In this document: positions 8,925 through 18,060 of the stretch, one piece after another
Layout: each line of letters opens with the position of its first letter
How positions within the stretch are numbered: position 1 is the first letter of the stretch
From: Nitratidesulfovibrio vulgaris str. Hildenborough
GTDB lineage: Bacteria > Desulfobacterota > Desulfovibrionia > Desulfovibrionales > Desulfovibrionaceae
Direction of reading: 5' to 3'
Assembly (NCBI RefSeq): GCF_000195755.1
Contig: NC_002937.3
Coordinates: forward strand, 780,001 to 812,000
DNA length: 32,000 nt
Notes under the pieces: model-generated
The model's input: the letters and a program-made list of their open reading frames with translations, nothing else
The model's database searches: none
Told to the model about the DNA's origin: nothing
Program-made: the position numbers and the translations under genes

Positions 8925-10589
8925 ATGATAGCTAGAGTGGCTTGCGCAGCCCTTCAGGGGGTGGACGCCACACGGGTAGACCTTGAGGTGGACTTCGCAC
9001 GGCAGGGGATGCCAGCCTTCACGCTGGTCGGTCTTGCAGAGGGGGCCGTGCGCGAGGCGCGTGAACGCGTCATGGCGGCATTGCGTGCCGTCGGGCTGCG
9101 GTTGCCGCCAGCGCGCATCACCGTCAATCTCGCCCCGGCAGACCGGCGCAAGGGCGGCAGCGGCTACGACCTGCCGCTGGCGGTGGCCCTTCTGGAGGCT
9201 GCGGGCATCATCCCCGAGGGAAGCACCCGCGGGTGGTTCTTCGCCGGTGAACTTTCGCTGGCTGGCGAGTTGAAGCCCGTGCCCGGCATCCTTCCCGTTG
9301 CCATCCTCGCCCGCGACGAGGCGGCGCGCGCGGCGGCAGGGCAGCCCCCGAAGGCGCATCCCGAGGGCGTATCTTCCTGCGCCCGACAGACAGACGCACA
9401 GCCCGCTGGCGTCCGGCCCGCCGACACCCGGTCGGCAACTGCCGGGCATGACGGAACCATCCGCGGTATCATCGTGCCCAAGGTCAATGCCGCCGAGGCC
9501 GCCGTCGTGGATGGCATCGCCGCGTATGGCGCGTCGACGCTTGGCGAGGTCGTGGCGTTTCTTGCCGGTGAAGGCGACCTTGTCCGGGCCGTGCCACCCG
9601 GCATGGCACAGGGCGCAGGCGGAGTGCATCTCTATGATTTCGCAGAGGTGAAGGGGCAGGAGCACGCCAAGCGGGCCATCGAGATTGCGGCGGCGGGGGC
9701 GCACAATCTGCTCTTCATCGGCCCGCCCGGCAGCGGCAAGACGATGCTGGCGCAGCGCATACCCTCCGTGCTGCCCCCTCTCACCCCGGCAGACGCCCTT
9801 GAAGTGACCAAGGTCTATAGCGTGGCGGGGTTGCTCGACGCGGGGCAGGGGCTGGTGTCGCAACGTCCCTTCAGGGCGCCGCACCATACCGTGTCGGAGG
9901 TCGGCCTCGCGGGCGGTGGCGCGTATCCGCGTCCGGGCGAGGTGTCGCTGGCGCACCGGGGGGTGCTGTTCCTCGACGAGTTGCCGGAGTTTCGCAAGAC
10001 CGCACTGGAAGTGCTGCGGCAGCCGCTGGAGGATGGTGTCGTGACCATCTCGCGTGCCATGCAGACACTCACCTATCCTGCGGACTGCATGCTGGTGGCG
10101 GCCATGAACCCGTGCCCGTGCGGCTATGCCACCGACGCAACCCATGCCTGCACATGCTCCACCATGCAGGTGCAACGCTACCGCGCCCGTCTTTCCGGGC
10201 CGTTGCTCGACCGCATCGACCTGCATGTGGAGGTGCCAGCCGTGCCGTGGGAGGACTTGAGAAGTGTCAAGGGCGGCACATCTTCGGCTGAGATGCGCGA
10301 ACGTATCATGGCGGCGCGTGCGGTACAGACGGCACGTTTCGCCGGAACGCACTGCCGCACCAATGCCGACCTCGGGGGCGCACTCCTTGAGGAGCATTGC
10401 CGACTGGGTACGCCCGAGCATACCTTTCTGGGCAAGGCCGTGCATTCGCTCGCCCTTTCGGCCCGCGCCTATACCCGCATCCTGCGCATAGCCCGCACCA
10501 TCGCCGACCTTGACGGGAGCGAACCCCTGCAGGTGCGCCATCTCGCGGAGGCCATCAACTGCCGCGTACTGGACAGGGAGCGCATGTAG
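8925..10589 (+). CDS. comM: YifB/ComM family Mg-chelatase-like AAA+ ATPase, 554 aa
   Basis: N-terminal Lon-protease-like domain (MIARVACAALQGVDATRVDLEVDF...LVGLAEGAVREARERV...NLAPADRRKGGSGYDLPLAVALL). Walker A GPPGSGKTM, Walker B VLFLDELPEF, then the C-terminal RARLSGPLLDRIDLHVEVP and SARAYTRILRIARTIADLDG motifs. Confidence 0.9.
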   Translation: MIARVACAALQGVDATRVDLEVDFARQGMPAFTLVGLAEGAVREARERVMAALRAVGLRLPPARITVNLAPADRRKGGSGYDLPLAVALLEAAGIIPEGSTRGWFFAGELSLAGELKPVPGILPVAILARDEAARAAAGQPPKAHPEGVSSCARQTDAQPAGVRPADTRSATAGHDGTIRGIIVPKVNAAEAAVVDGIAAYGASTLGEVVAFLAGEGDLVRAVPPGMAQGAGGVHLYDFAEVKGQEHAKRAIEIAAAGAHNLLFIGPPGSGKTMLAQRIPSVLPPLTPADALEVTKVYSVAGLLDAGQGLVSQRPFRAPHHTVSEVGLAGGGAYPRPGEVSLAHRGVLFLDELPEFRKTALEVLRQPLEDGVVTISRAMQTLTYPADCMLVAAMNPCPCGYATDATHACTCSTMQVQRYRARLSGPLLDRIDLHVEVPAVPWEDLRSVKGGTSSAEMRERIMAARAVQTARFAGTHCRTNADLGGALLEEHCRLGTPEHTFLGKAVHSLALSARAYTRILRIARTIADLDGSEPLQVRHLAEAINCRVLDRERM

Positions 10590-10672
10590 CGGGCACCTGT
10601 GACGACTCCCCGGCTTGCCCGTGCCGTTCTCTTGGCGTAGTCATCGGAAATCCGACATGATGGAGATATGGA

Positions 10673-11314
10673 ATGCAGCTTTCACGCATGGCGCACAGCA
10701 CCTTGCGCCCTTTGGTCTTTGGCTCCGACATCGAGGGGTTCCGCACCCGTTGCGGGGGGCCGTTGACAGGCACCTATCATTGCCCCGTCATCGGCGGGAC
10801 ACGGGCCGTCTTCGACCCTGCCACGGCCGAGTTGGTGGATGGCGACGGTGTACAGGTTGAAGCGCCCCACCTCGTGGACGAGTTGACCGGAGTCTGGGCC
10901 GCGTTGCTGGCGGGACTGGCAACGCAGGGGGGCGTCCCACCGCACGGAGCGGACTCCGTGCCGGACTCGACGACGGGCGCGACGCCGAGTCAGCCGTCGG
11001 GCATCGAAGGTGTCATCGTGCGCGCTGCGCAAGGGGCTTGCCATTTCCGTATCATCGACGTGCGACACTCCTCCCTGCCGTTGTGGCGTCAGATCAATCT
11101 GCTGGCCGACCTTTTCTGCGTCCATGAGAAGACGTTCCCGCATGTGCGCCACCTGCCGCACGAACCCACATCGGCACTGGGAAGCGAGGGGCAGTACCGC
11201 CGCTGGCTGAAGACGTGGAAACGCCCCGGCGTGGTGGGCGTCTTGCTGAAGCGGGCAGAGTATCAGCCCGGTGCACCCGGCAGTGAAGCCGATGCCTGTC
11301 TCGTCCGGCCCTGA
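10673..11314 (+). CDS. Hypothetical protein, 213 aa, no domain recognised
   Basis: This is the longest same-direction ORF in the comM-livK gap and shows host-like G/C-rich third codon positions. No motif I can name. The start codon is uncertain. Confidence 0.45.
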   Translation: MQLSRMAHSTLRPLVFGSDIEGFRTRCGGPLTGTYHCPVIGGTRAVFDPATAELVDGDGVQVEAPHLVDELTGVWAALLAGLATQGGVPPHGADSVPDSTTGATPSQPSGIEGVIVRAAQGACHFRIIDVRHSSLPLWRQINLLADLFCVHEKTFPHVRHLPHEPTSALGSEGQYRRWLKTWKRPGVVGVLLKRAEYQPGAPGSEADACLVRP

Positions 11315-11548
11315 GGCTGGCTATGAGGCTGGCCCTGAGGGCATCATCGGCACGCACAGGGTATGGCGGATGAAGCCGGTGCAGCCCGGTGCCTCTTCCT
11401 CTTTCTCACCGCGTGCAGGGGCAGGTGTGCTTCACCTGGCGGTCGTGAGAACACGGCCAGAGGGTGCGACGATATCATGGCGCTACAACTTGTTTTTTCG
11501 CAAAATGTCGTCGGGCGGCCAGTGAAAACGGAATGTCCACAGGGTCTT

Positions 11549-11577
11549 TTGACAATAATGTGTCTTTAGGCTAGGTT
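11549..11577 (+). promoter_or_regulatory. Candidate sigma-70 promoter of the liv operon
   Basis: Perfect -35 TTGACA (11549-11554), a 17-nt spacer, and a weak -10 TAGGTT (11572-11577). It lies about 100 nt upstream of the livK ATG. Confidence 0.3.
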
Positions 11578-11680
11578 GGGTGCAGGGGGTTGGAAAGTCG
11601 ACCCCACGACCACCGTCACGGCGAGGAAACGTATAGGGTAGAACAGTGTAGCGCGTGGGGCATGGCCCCGGGAGGTTCGT

Positions 11681-12811
11681 ATGAAGGGTGTCGTCAGGTT
11701 GCTGGCGGTCTGCATGGTCACGTCGCTGCTCATGGCTGCGACGGCGTTCGCCGCCGGGCCGGTGCGTGTGGGGCTCATGTGTCCGCTGACCGGCAAATGG
11801 GCCAGTGAAGGGCAGGACATGCGCAACATTGTCGAACTGCTGGCTGAAGAGGTGAACAAGGCCGGGGGCATCAACGGCAACAAGGTCGAACTGATCGTCG
11901 AGGACGACGGTGGCGACCCGCGCACTGCAGCACTCGCCGCACAGAAGCTTTCCACCTCCGGTGTTACCGCCGTCATCGGCACCTATGGCTCGGCTGTGAC
12001 CGAAGCCTCCCAGAACATCTACGACGAGGCGGGCATCGCCCAGATAGCCACCGGGTCGACCAACGTGCGCCTTACCGAAAAGGGCCTCAAGCTCTTCCTG
12101 CGCACCTGCCCGCGTGACGACGAACAGGGTCGCGTCGCCGCCAAGGTCATCAAGAACAAGGGCTACAAGGCCGTTGCCCTGCTGCATGACAACTCGTCCT
12201 ACGCCAAGGGCCTCGCCGACGAGACCAAGGCTCTGCTCGACAAGGACGGCACCAAGATCGTGTTCTACGATGCCCTCACCCCCGGTGAGCGCGACTACAC
12301 CGCCATCCTGACCAAGCTCAAGGCCGCCAACCCCGACATCATCTTCTTCACGGGCTACTACCCCGAAGTGGGCATGCTGCTGCGTCAGAAGATGGAGATG
12401 AAGTGGAACGTGCCCATGATGGGTGGCGACGCCGCCAACAACCTCGACCTGGTCAAGATTGCGGGCAAGGCCGCCGCCAAGGGCTACTTCTTCCTCAGCC
12501 CGCCCGTGCCGCAGGACTTCGACACCGCCGAAGCCAAGGCCTTCCTCGCCGCATACAAGGCCAAGCACAACGCCCTGCCCAACTCGGTGTGGTCTGTGCT
12601 TGCCGGTGACGCCTTCAAGGTCATCGTCGAAGCCGTGCAGAAGGGCGGCAAGGCCGACGGCGCCGGCATCGCCACGTACCTGAAGACCCAGCTCAAGAAC
12701 TACCCCGGTCTTTCGGGGCAGATATCCTTCAACGAAAAGGGCGACCGCGTAGGCGACCTGTACCGCGTGTACGACGTCAACGCCGAAGGCGAATTCGTCC
12801 TGCAGCGTTAG
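11681..12811 (+). CDS. livK: Branched-chain amino acid ABC transporter substrate-binding protein (LivJ/LivK family)
   Basis: Signal peptide MKGVVRLLAVCMVTSLLMAATAFA, then type-I periplasmic binding fold sequence (VRVGLMCPLTGKWASEGQDM...GGINGNKVELIVEDDGGDP...AVIGTYGSAVT). GGGAGG RBS. Followed by livHMGF. Confidence 0.92.
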   Translation: MKGVVRLLAVCMVTSLLMAATAFAAGPVRVGLMCPLTGKWASEGQDMRNIVELLAEEVNKAGGINGNKVELIVEDDGGDPRTAALAAQKLSTSGVTAVIGTYGSAVTEASQNIYDEAGIAQIATGSTNVRLTEKGLKLFLRTCPRDDEQGRVAAKVIKNKGYKAVALLHDNSSYAKGLADETKALLDKDGTKIVFYDALTPGERDYTAILTKLKAANPDIIFFTGYYPEVGMLLRQKMEMKWNVPMMGGDAANNLDLVKIAGKAAAKGYFFLSPPVPQDFDTAEAKAFLAAYKAKHNALPNSVWSVLAGDAFKVIVEAVQKGGKADGAGIATYLKTQLKNYPGLSGQISFNEKGDRVGDLYRVYDVNAEGEFVLQR

Positions 12812-12826
12812 CCTCAACGACCACAC

Positions 12827-12852
12827 GGGGCGGCCTTGGGCCGCCCCTTTCG
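12827..12852 (+). terminator. Intra-operon hairpin / partial terminator after livK
   Basis: 9-bp GC stem ggggcggcc/ggccgcccc with a 3-nt loop, followed by TTTCG. It sits 16 nt after the livK stop and 37 nt before the livH ATG. Confidence 0.5.
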
Positions 12853-12888
12853 CGCGTGGCGCTTCCGGGCATCACGGTAGAGGGACAC

Positions 12889-13794
12889 ATGGAAGAATTC
12901 CTGCAACAGTTGACCAACGGCCTCGCGGTGGGGGGCATCTACGCCCTCATCGCCCTCGGGTACACCATGGTGTACGGCGTGCTCAAACTCATCAACTTCG
13001 CGCATGGCGACCTGTTCACCATCGGAGCCTATCTCGGGTTCACGGTGTTCGCCGCGCTGGGGCTTTCGGGGCATGTCTCCGGGGCGGTGGCCGTATTGCT
13101 GGTCACGACCATGGTCATGGGGCTTGTGGCACTCATCGGCTATCTGCTTGAACGTGTGGCCTACCGGCCATTGCGCTCGTCAAGCCGCCTCTCTGCCGTG
13201 GTCTCTGCGCTTGGTGCCTCCATCTTCTTCCAGAACGCCGTGATGCTCATCTACGGTGCCAAGTTCCAAGTCTACCCCAACGACATCAGGCCCACCATGG
13301 CCGTGAGCTTCTTCGGCATGGACATCCCTCTGGTGCGCATCATGATGTTCGGTGCTTCTGTGGCGCTCATGCTGCTTCTGCATTTCTTCATCCACCGCAC
13401 CCGCACGGGCACTGCCATCCGCGCCGTGGCCATCGACCAGGGCGCGGCCAAGCTCATGGGCATCGACGTGAACCGGGTCATCGCGCTGGTGTTCATGATC
13501 GGCCCTGCACTGGGTGGCGCCGCAGGCGTCATGGTAGGCCTCTACTATGGGCAGATAGACTTCACCATGGGGTGGGTGTACGGCCTCAAGGCCTTCACCG
13601 CCGCCATCCTCGGTGGCATCGGCAACATCCCCGGTGCCATGGTGGGCGGTCTTCTGCTGGGCGTCATCGAGGCCCTCGGTGCGGCATACATCTCCATCGC
13701 GTGGAAAGACGCCATCGCCTTCCTCGTCCTCATCCTCATCCTGATCATCAGGCCCACGGGCCTTCTCGGCGAAAGGGTGGCCGACAAGATATGA
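12889..13794 (+). CDS. livH: Branched-chain amino acid ABC transporter permease LivH, 301 aa
   Basis: MEEFLQQLTNGLAVGGIYALIALGYTMVYGVLKLINFAHGD is a typical LivH N-terminus, and the protein is multi-TM. The stop overlaps the livM start (ATGA at 13791-13794). Confidence 0.92.
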   Translation: MEEFLQQLTNGLAVGGIYALIALGYTMVYGVLKLINFAHGDLFTIGAYLGFTVFAALGLSGHVSGAVAVLLVTTMVMGLVALIGYLLERVAYRPLRSSSRLSAVVSALGASIFFQNAVMLIYGAKFQVYPNDIRPTMAVSFFGMDIPLVRIMMFGASVALMLLLHFFIHRTRTGTAIRAVAIDQGAAKLMGIDVNRVIALVFMIGPALGGAAGVMVGLYYGQIDFTMGWVYGLKAFTAAILGGIGNIPGAMVGGLLLGVIEALGAAYISIAWKDAIAFLVLILILIIRPTGLLGERVADKI

Positions 13795-14744
13795 TATCGC
13801 GCAAGGCAAGCTACGCGGGGCTTGCGGTGCTCATCGCCGTGCTGCCCCTCTTTCTCGACCCCTACTGGACGGACGTGTGCGTGAGCATCGGCCTGTATGC
13901 CGTCCTCGCGCTGTCGCTGAACCTCATCCTCGGGCAGGCGGGCCTGTTCCACATGGGCCATGCCGCCTTCTATGCGGTGGGTGCCTATACGGCGGCCATC
14001 CTCAACACCGTCTACCATGTGCCCGTCCTGTGGACGATGCCTGTCGCCGGTCTGCTGGCGGCCCTCTTCGCACTGGTGGTGGCGCGGCCCATCATCCACC
14101 TGCGGGGTGACTATCTGCTCATCGTCACCATCGGCATCGTGGAGATAGTGCGCATCGCGCTCATCAACAACGTCTTCGGCATCACGGGCGGGGCCAACGG
14201 CATCTTCGGCATCTCGCGTCCCATGCTCTTCGGCTACAAGATATCCAAGCCCATCCAGTTCTATTATCTGATATGGACATGGGTCGCGATCAGCATCCTG
14301 CTCTTCAGGCGTCTTGAGTGCTCCCGCTTCGGCCGGGCGCTCAACTACATCAAGGAGGACGATGTGGCTGCCGAGGGCAGCGGGGTCGACACCGCCTACT
14401 ACAAGCTTGCGGCCTTCGTTCTGGGGGCACTGTGGGCGGGCATGACGGGTACGTTCTATGCCGCCAAGATGACCATCATCTCGCCGGAGTCCTTCTCGTT
14501 CTGGGAGTCGGTGGTGCTGTTCGCCATCGTCATCCTGGGCGGCGGGAGCAACCGTGGCGTGCTGCTGGGAGCCTTTCTGCTCATAGGCCTGCCTGAACTG
14601 TTCCGCGACTTCGCCAGTGCCCGGATGCTCATCTTCGGCCTTGCCATGGTCGTGATGATGATCTTCAGACCGCAAGGCATGTTGCCGCCCCTGCCGCGCA
14701 AGTACCGCATCGACAACCTGCTGCGTACGAAGGAGGCCGCATGA
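13791..14744 (+). CDS. livM: Branched-chain amino acid ABC transporter permease LivM, 317 aa
   Basis: LSLNLILGQAGLFHMGHAAFYAVGAY and RPIIHLRGDYLLIVTIG motifs are typical of LivM. ATGA overlaps occur at both ends, with livH and with livG. Confidence 0.92.
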   Translation: MISRKASYAGLAVLIAVLPLFLDPYWTDVCVSIGLYAVLALSLNLILGQAGLFHMGHAAFYAVGAYTAAILNTVYHVPVLWTMPVAGLLAALFALVVARPIIHLRGDYLLIVTIGIVEIVRIALINNVFGITGGANGIFGISRPMLFGYKISKPIQFYYLIWTWVAISILLFRRLECSRFGRALNYIKEDDVAAEGSGVDTAYYKLAAFVLGALWAGMTGTFYAAKMTIISPESFSFWESVVLFAIVILGGGSNRGVLLGAFLLIGLPELFRDFASARMLIFGLAMVVMMIFRPQGMLPPLPRKYRIDNLLRTKEAA

Positions 14745-15508
14745 GCCTTCTCAGCCTGCGCAACCTGACCAAGACCTTTGGTGGTCTTGTGGCGGTCAAC
14801 AGCGTCTCGTTCGACGTGGACGAGGGTTCCATCGTCGGTCTCATCGGCCCCAACGGGGCGGGCAAGACCACGGTGTTCAACCTCATCACCGGCAACTACA
14901 AGCCCGACTCGGGTGACATCTTCTTCGACGGCAGGGCCATCAAGGGGCTGCTCACGCACCGCATCGTGCAGATGGGCATCGCCCGCACCTTCCAGACCAT
15001 ACGGCTGTTCCAGAACATGTCGGTCATGGAGAACGTGCTGGCTGGCTGCCACTGCCGTATGACGGCAGGGGTGTTCTCGGCCATGCTGGGCACGGCGGGG
15101 CACCGGCGCGAAGAGAAACGGGCCATCGAGAGGGCCGTGCGCGAACTCGAGTTCGTGGGTCTCGCCGACCAGCACGACAACCTCGCCAAGAACCTCTCGT
15201 ACGGGAACCAGCGGTTGCTCGAGATTGCGCGTGCCCTCGCCACCGACCCCCGGTTCATCATCCTCGACGAACCCGCGGGAGGCATGAACGACCAGGAGAC
15301 GGCTGCCCTCATCGGCACCATACGCGCCATCCGCGACAGGGGCATATCCGTGCTGCTCATCGAGCACGACATGAGTCTGGTGATGAAGGTGTGCGAGAAG
15401 CTGGTGGTGCTCGAGTATGGCGCACTCATCGCCGAAGGTACGCCATCGGTCATCAAGCGCGACCCGCGTGTCATCGAAGCCTACCTCGGGGCCGATTCCG
15501 ACATCTGA
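14741..15508 (+). CDS. livG: Branched-chain amino acid ABC transporter ATP-binding protein LivG
   Basis: Walker A GPNGAGKTT, ABC signature LSYGNQRLLEIARAL, Walker B FIILDEPAGG, H-loop IEHDM. Confidence 0.93.
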   Translation: MSLLSLRNLTKTFGGLVAVNSVSFDVDEGSIVGLIGPNGAGKTTVFNLITGNYKPDSGDIFFDGRAIKGLLTHRIVQMGIARTFQTIRLFQNMSVMENVLAGCHCRMTAGVFSAMLGTAGHRREEKRAIERAVRELEFVGLADQHDNLAKNLSYGNQRLLEIARALATDPRFIILDEPAGGMNDQETAALIGTIRAIRDRGISVLLIEHDMSLVMKVCEKLVVLEYGALIAEGTPSVIKRDPRVIEAYLGADSDI

Positions 15509-15521
15509 TCCCGGAGATACA

Positions 15522-16238
15522 ATGTTTCTCGAACTACGCAATCTGCATGTGAAATACGGCAATGTCGAAGCGCTGCACGGCATCGACATCCGGGTTGATG
15601 AAGGCGAAATCGTCACCATCCTCGGTGCCAACGGGGCGGGCAAGACCACCACGCTCATGAGCATAAGCGGTCTCGTGAAGCCGTCGGAAGGCGGGGTGTT
15701 CTTCAGGGACGAGCCGTTGCACAAGCTGCACAGCCATGAGGTCGTGGCACGTGGCATCACCCAGTCTCCCGAGGGGCGGCGGGTGTTCGGTACGCTTTCC
15801 GTGCTGGAGAACCTGTATCTTGGCGCGTTCACGTGCCGCGACAAGGCGCGGGTGGAGCGCACGCTGGGATGGATTTTCGAGCTCTTTCCCCGTCTTGAGG
15901 AACGCCGTGGGCAGCTGGCTGGCACGCTTTCCGGCGGTGAGCAGCAGATGCTCGCCATCGGTCGGGCGCTCATGGGCGACCCCAAGGTGCTGTTGCTCGA
16001 CGAACCGTCGCTCGGCCTTGCCCCCATCCTCGTCAAGTCCATCTTCGACACGGTGCGCACCATCAATCAGTCAGGCGTCACCGTGGTGCTGGTGGAACAG
16101 AACGCCCGTGCCGCCCTCAAGCTGGCCACACGTGGTTACGTGATGGAGGTGGGCCGGGTGGTGATGGAAGACTCTGCCGCCTCGTTGCTTGCCAATCCCG
16201 AGGTGCAGGCGGCCTATCTGGGCGGTGGCGGCGAGTAG
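15522..16238 (+). CDS. livF: Branched-chain amino acid ABC transporter ATP-binding protein LivF, 238 aa
   Basis: Walker A GANGAGKTT, signature LSGGEQQMLAIGRAL, Walker B LLLDEPSLGL. The upstream part of the track ORF overlaps livG out of frame and is ignored. Confidence 0.93.
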   Translation: MFLELRNLHVKYGNVEALHGIDIRVDEGEIVTILGANGAGKTTTLMSISGLVKPSEGGVFFRDEPLHKLHSHEVVARGITQSPEGRRVFGTLSVLENLYLGAFTCRDKARVERTLGWIFELFPRLEERRGQLAGTLSGGEQQMLAIGRALMGDPKVLLLDEPSLGLAPILVKSIFDTVRTINQSGVTVVLVEQNARAALKLATRGYVMEVGRVVMEDSAASLLANPEVQAAYLGGGGE

Positions 16239-16273
16239 TACCTTGCCTTCGCCCCATTGTGTCTACAAGGAAT

Positions 16274-16307
16274 GACGAAGCCCCCTCCAAGGGGGCTTCG
16301 TCGTTGT
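16274..16307 (+). terminator. Rho-independent terminator of the liv operon
   Basis: 12-bp perfect stem gacgaagccccc/gggggcttcgtc with a 5-nt loop, followed by GTTGT. It sits 36 nt after the livF stop, between convergent genes. Confidence 0.65.
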
Positions 16308-16456
16308 GGCTGTCGAAGTCTCGTGCACGTCATGAAGCGGTTTGGTCTCACCATGCCACGTCGTGGCGCCACTCATGAGGGAAGAGCCCCGTTGCGTATG
16401 GAGGGGCATCTGCCGAGCGGGCAGCCGCGTATCTGGGCGGCCCCAGAAACGGGGCG

Positions 16457-18001
16457 TCAGCTGCCCATGCCCGTGAGGGTGAAGCGTTCACCGAGGGCGA
16501 GTCTTTCAAGCAGTGACCGGGCCTTCTCGGAAGGCATGGGCTTCGCGAAGAGAAAGCCCTGCATCCTCGTCGCCCCGAAGGCCATGAGGTTGGCTGCCTG
16601 CATGGTGGTCTCGACACCTTCGCATATGGCTTCAAGCCGCAGGTGCGACACGAGTTTCAGGATGGCCCGGACGATATGTTCGGCATCGCGCCCGTCATTC
16701 ATGGCCCGGATGAAGCTGCGGTCGATCTTGACCGAATCGAGGGGGTAGTCCTGCAATGAGCCGAGGGATGAGTAGCCGGTGCCGAAATCGTCCAGCGAGA
16801 GGCGTACCCCGATTTCCTTCAGACCGGCCATGATGCTCTTGGCGACGCGCGGGTTCTCCATGAGCAGCGATTCGGTGATTTCAAGGACGAGCAACTCGGG
16901 TGGCAGGCCAGTGGCGTCAAGGGCGGCTTCGACCTCTCGCAGCCGCTGCCTCGAAAGGAACTGGCGCGGCGAAAGGTTGACGTGAATGACCGGGTCGCCC
17001 TGCGGCAGGGTGCCCCGGATGGAGGCTGCAAAGGCACATGCCTTGTGCAGCATCGCCCTGCCAAGGGGGATGATGCGTCCCGTGTCTTCGGCGATGGGGA
17101 TGAAGGTGGACGGGGGGATGTTGCCCAGCGTGGGGTGCTGCCAGCGTGCGAGAGCCTCGAATCCCTCAAGCGCACCGGATTCGAGATTGACGATGGGCTG
17201 GTAGTGGCATGACAGGTCTCCGTTGTCGATGGCCTGCCGCAGGTCGTTCTCAAGGCGCATGGCATGCAGTGCCTGTTCATGCATCCGGGAACCGAACACG
17301 CGTAGCTTGTCCTTGCCTGCCCGTTTCGCCTTGTACATGGCGATGTCGGCATCCCGCAGCACCTGATGCGGGTCGGTGTACCCCGAATTGCCGATGACGA
17401 TGCCCATGCTGGCGGAGATGACAAGTTCGAACCCCTCGATGGTGAGCGGTTGCTTGATGCGTTCGAGGATGCGGCGCGCCATCTTGATGGCGAAACGCGG
17501 TGAGGGCGGCTCATGCACCAGCACGGTGAATTCGTCGCCGCTGATGCGCGCGACCGTATCGGTCTCCCTGATGTTGGCGGCGATGGCTGAAGCGATGATC
17601 GAGAGAAGGCCATCTCCGGCGGCATGTCCGAGGCTGTCGTTGATGACCTTGAACCTGTCGAGGTCGATGAACAGCACCGCGAAATTACGGTCGGGCGCGC
17701 GTCGGCAGGTGGCTATGGCGTGGGCCAACCTGTCGAGGAACAGCACCCGGTTGGCCAGCCCGGTGAGGCTGTCATGAAAGGCGAGGTGCGTTATCTGTGC
17801 CTCGTTCCTCTTACGTTCTGAAATATCGCGTGCAGTCAGGTGCAGCATCCTTCGTCCGCGTTGCATGACGGGTGACAGCGTCACCTCGCAGGGCACCTCG
17901 CTGCCGCCTGAACGCATGAATATCCATTCGAAGCGGCGATTGCCCAGCGGGGTGGTGTTCTCCACCTGGCGTGCGAACCCCTCGACCGAAGGGATGCCCC
18001 C
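16457..18001 (-). pseudogene. 3' fragment of an IS-disrupted c-di-GMP signalling gene: C-terminal part of a PAS domain, then GGDEF, then EAL
   Basis: GGDEF domain: LTGLANR...FIDLDRFKVINDSLGHAAGD...RETDTVARISGDEF. EAL domain: GFEALARWQHP, LVLEITES, LSLDDFGTGYSSL, KIDRSF, CEGVET. The reading frame continues into the IS left end and has no native start of its own; the track starts it at a TTG inside the IS inverted repeat. Confidence 0.9.
17997..18001. repeat. Target-site duplication, left copy (CCCCC)
   Basis: Five C residues directly abut the IS left inverted repeat, matched by CCCCC at 19313-19317. The homopolymer makes the length formally ambiguous. 5 bp is the length in the 3-5 bp range I recall for the IS3 family that restores the host reading frame; 2 bp would also restore it. 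Confidence 0.6.
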
Positions 18002-18030
18002 TGGAGTAGCCCCCAATTAGGCCGGACCTC
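18002..18030 (+). repeat. IS left terminal inverted repeat (TGGAGTAGCCCCCAATTAGGCCGGACCTC)
   Basis: Aligns with the reverse complement of 19284-19312 (TGGAGTTGCCCCCGCTAAACCGGACACCC). 12 of the first 13 nt are identical, and CCGGAC is shared after a 1-nt indel. Confidence 0.8.
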
Positions 18031-18060
18031 TCTGCCAACCGAAGAGGTAGTGCTAGAGGT

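Noticed and set aside
11311-11343. Short direct repeat cctgaGGCTGGCtatgaGGCTGGCcctgagg at the end of the orphan ORF
   Set aside because: There are only two copies of a 9-mer, overlapping a stop codon. It is too short to call a functional repeat.
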